64,000 bases of DNA from Macrostomum lignano (Eukaryota): the NCBI GenBank assembly GCA_002269645.1, contig NIVC01001315.1, forward strand, positions 1 to 64,000, read 5' to 3'. The notes beneath the pieces were generated by a model, which saw only the letters and a program-made list of their open reading frames with translations, was not told where the DNA came from and did not search any database. The translations under genes were made by a program, and so were the position numbers. How positions within the stretch are numbered: position 1 is the stretch's first letter; every line of letters starts with the position of its first letter. Of this stretch, positions 61,618 to 64,000 are shown piece by piece.

Positions 61618-64000
61618 ATGAGGCGCCCCCCCCCTCCGAGTCAACAGGGCCGTCCCAGCATCCCGGGGCCAACGAGTCCGGATTACTTTTCACTTCCTCT
61701 CATTTTCCACTTCCCACTGCCAGACTCCTACATCATCGGCAAAAAAAGTGAGGAAAGGGAAAACGGAGGCCGCGGGGCTAAGCTGGGGTGAGGAGGGGAT
61801 TATCGAGGAAGAAGCCAGGGAAGGGGGGGACTAATGAGTCGAGAGGCCTGAGCGCAGTGAGTCAGTGACCCCCTCTGGGAGGGGGGTCAGCGCTAAAGAC
61901 CGGAGCAGAAGTGTAAGGTAAAGAAGGGGAAATCTTGCCAGACGGACTGCCGCACCGGCCAAAGAGGAGAAATCCCTAAAGAGGCTTTGGGAAGCGGGGA
62001 AGAGCGGGACACGGCGTCTCTCTCCCTCCTACACGAGGAGAGGCCCCAGACTTGAAGAATCCCAGATCCCGCCGTTGCGACCCGTGGCGCGTAAAAGTAG
62101 AGAATATTTCAAGGCAAGGAGGATGGGGAAGGGAGCTGAGAGCCATGCGGAACACGGGCTGGGCTGGGGCAGCCGGGGCTGCGAGGGAGAGAAGAGAGTC
62201 GAGTTGAATCGCTGAGATGCGGCCGCTTGAATCAGATAATTGGCGGGCAGTCTATGCAGCCAGGCACTATCAAGAGTGCATCTCTGGGCCGGGGTTGCCA
62301 CAGGGTCAAGGAGCAGCTCCGGTTCACCCGGCTGAAGCATTGTCAGCAAGTCCCGGAAGCTGCTAACTAATAGGCGGAACCAAGGCCAGGAACTGCTGCT
62401 GCCTATGGCTTCTATGCTCACACTCTCCTACTGTGAGTAGAGATGCTTGCACTGCAAACTGCACGCAGTATAGAAAAATAGCAGAAAAAATGAAAGGAAA
62501 GAATTGATACTGGCCAGTATGATTTTAGATTTTAAATCCAATTTAGTTTTCACAGCTCACCATGGATGCTGACGAGCTCCAAATCAGCAGCTGGCTGCTC
62601 TTTGGCATTGGATTTCAGTTGCTGTGCACACGAGTGTATTAAGCATAAGTTTAAAGTTTAAAGATACAGTATTTAATTGATGATGACACTGTAATTCTCA
62701 AAAAATTTACCATGCAAATGGCAATGATAATGTGAATGAAAGTATTCCAGTTCCCTGTAATTATATGAAGTTACAATGCCCAATGCTAATTGATAAAATA
62801 TCAATTAGTAAGTACATTATAAATTTGAAATAAAAATTTATTAAATAAAAAAAGTAATTTTCAAAACCTATTTTTTTTGAAAGTGCAAAATAAATAAAAG
62901 ATATGTAAAAAGGTAATTACTTGTGAGTATCAAATGCTTCAATAATTGTATAGCATAGCCCAACATGTGACTCTTCTATAATATTGGTTGTGAGTCACTA
63001 ATATGCCTGTATACAATAGTCTGGCCTATTTGAGTAACCTTTTATGTCATTAGCAACTCTTGCTAGCAACTTACTAGAGGTTGGGTGCACAAAATAGGCC
63101 AAGCTACCTACACAAAGCAGGATAGAATTTTTAAGATTTAAGGAAATCCCTTAGGTAATAATTTGCAAAAATTTTAATAAGAACCTTTGCATGGCTCTCA
63201 CAGTGAACTTTCTATTTACTACTAAAATATGCTCATATATTTGACTACTTGGATAATACTAACTGCTATAAAATAAATTTCAGTAGCTTCCTAAAGCCAA
63301 TAGCATTGAGCCAAGCACCATGGTTAATAAAAATAAAAGCCAACTTGTACTCTTTACTTAGAGCTTATAACTTTTACATTATAACAAAAACATTATTTTT
63401 GTTATGCTATATGACAAACATTTTCAGTGTATCCCTGACATAATAATCTTTCCTTTATTGGCAGTTTCATTTATATAATTTTGTATCTTAGATGTGCACA
63501 AGAGCTAAGTATGTAAGCAACTTTAGTCAGATGCTTGGCTTATATCTTTCTAGTGTATTACTAGGCATTTGGCATGAAATGCTAAATAAACTATTGGCCT
63601 ATTCTAGATTCCAACAGTCTTGAGTAGCTTTTTAGTTACCTTATATATATATTCATTCTAAATTCCTTAGCTAGCTACTGTTAAAAAGCTTAAAATAAAA
63701 CATTTTATATAGCTTGATTTTTTTACATATTGAACTTGACAAGTTTAAATAGTTTAAAGGATTTAGCATTGCAAGGTTACCAAATTTTCAGTTAATTTCT
63801 TTAAATTAACAGTTATTGATATTAGCTATTGCCAAAGTATGTAAATCCTATTACAAAAATCAATTAATATATAATATCTAGAATTTTTTTTAATGAGCTA
63901 CTTATTAGACTTTTTAATATATCGTAAGTGTTCATATAATATAATAATATTTATATTATGTAATAATAATATTTTTAGGGTAAACTCTATATTTTACTTT

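Noticed and set aside
61865-61889. GC-rich hairpin TGACCCCCTC-TGG-GAGGGGGGTCA
   Set aside because: Too short for a pre-miRNA, and chance formation is likely in G/C-run-rich DNA.

Overview
Eukaryotic (animal) genomic DNA with GC-rich exons and introns packed with tandem repeats. This style resembles the flatworm Macrostomum, but that is inference only. I built five protein-coding gene models by hand, all on the minus strand and arranged head-to-tail: a dystroglycan homolog (44996-35780, 11 exons, ~1225 aa), mitochondrial aconitase (34133-30266, 5 exons), an intronless SHOC2/SUR-8 LRR gene (27180-25117), an SLC35A2/A3-type UDP-sugar transporter (21368-18172, 3 exons), and a 16-exon gene for a ~1314-aa secreted mosaic protein (8 CCP/Sushi-like + 3 WSC + fibrinogen-like stub + C-type lectin domain; 15069-620). 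The window also holds a decayed mariner element with TIRs, two tRNA-derived SINE families, several MITE/foldback elements and about 30 different mini/microsatellite arrays. Most long ORFs in the supplied track are repeat artefacts. From 45.3 to 62.6 kb there is no recognisable coding sequence, and the last ~1.3 kb is AT-rich and almost free of CpG. The most notable observations are: (1) the CCP-WSC-CTLD mosaic protein, built by module duplication; (2) intronic arrays that are multimers of splice signals, including a 33-bp array that copies a real acceptor in frame; (3) an expanded dystroglycan lacking PPxY and SEA-cleavage motifs; (4) an inverted SINE pair bracketing a frame-neutral exon block; (5) a possible trans-spliced operon. 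Exon boundaries were read by eye and have no transcript support.
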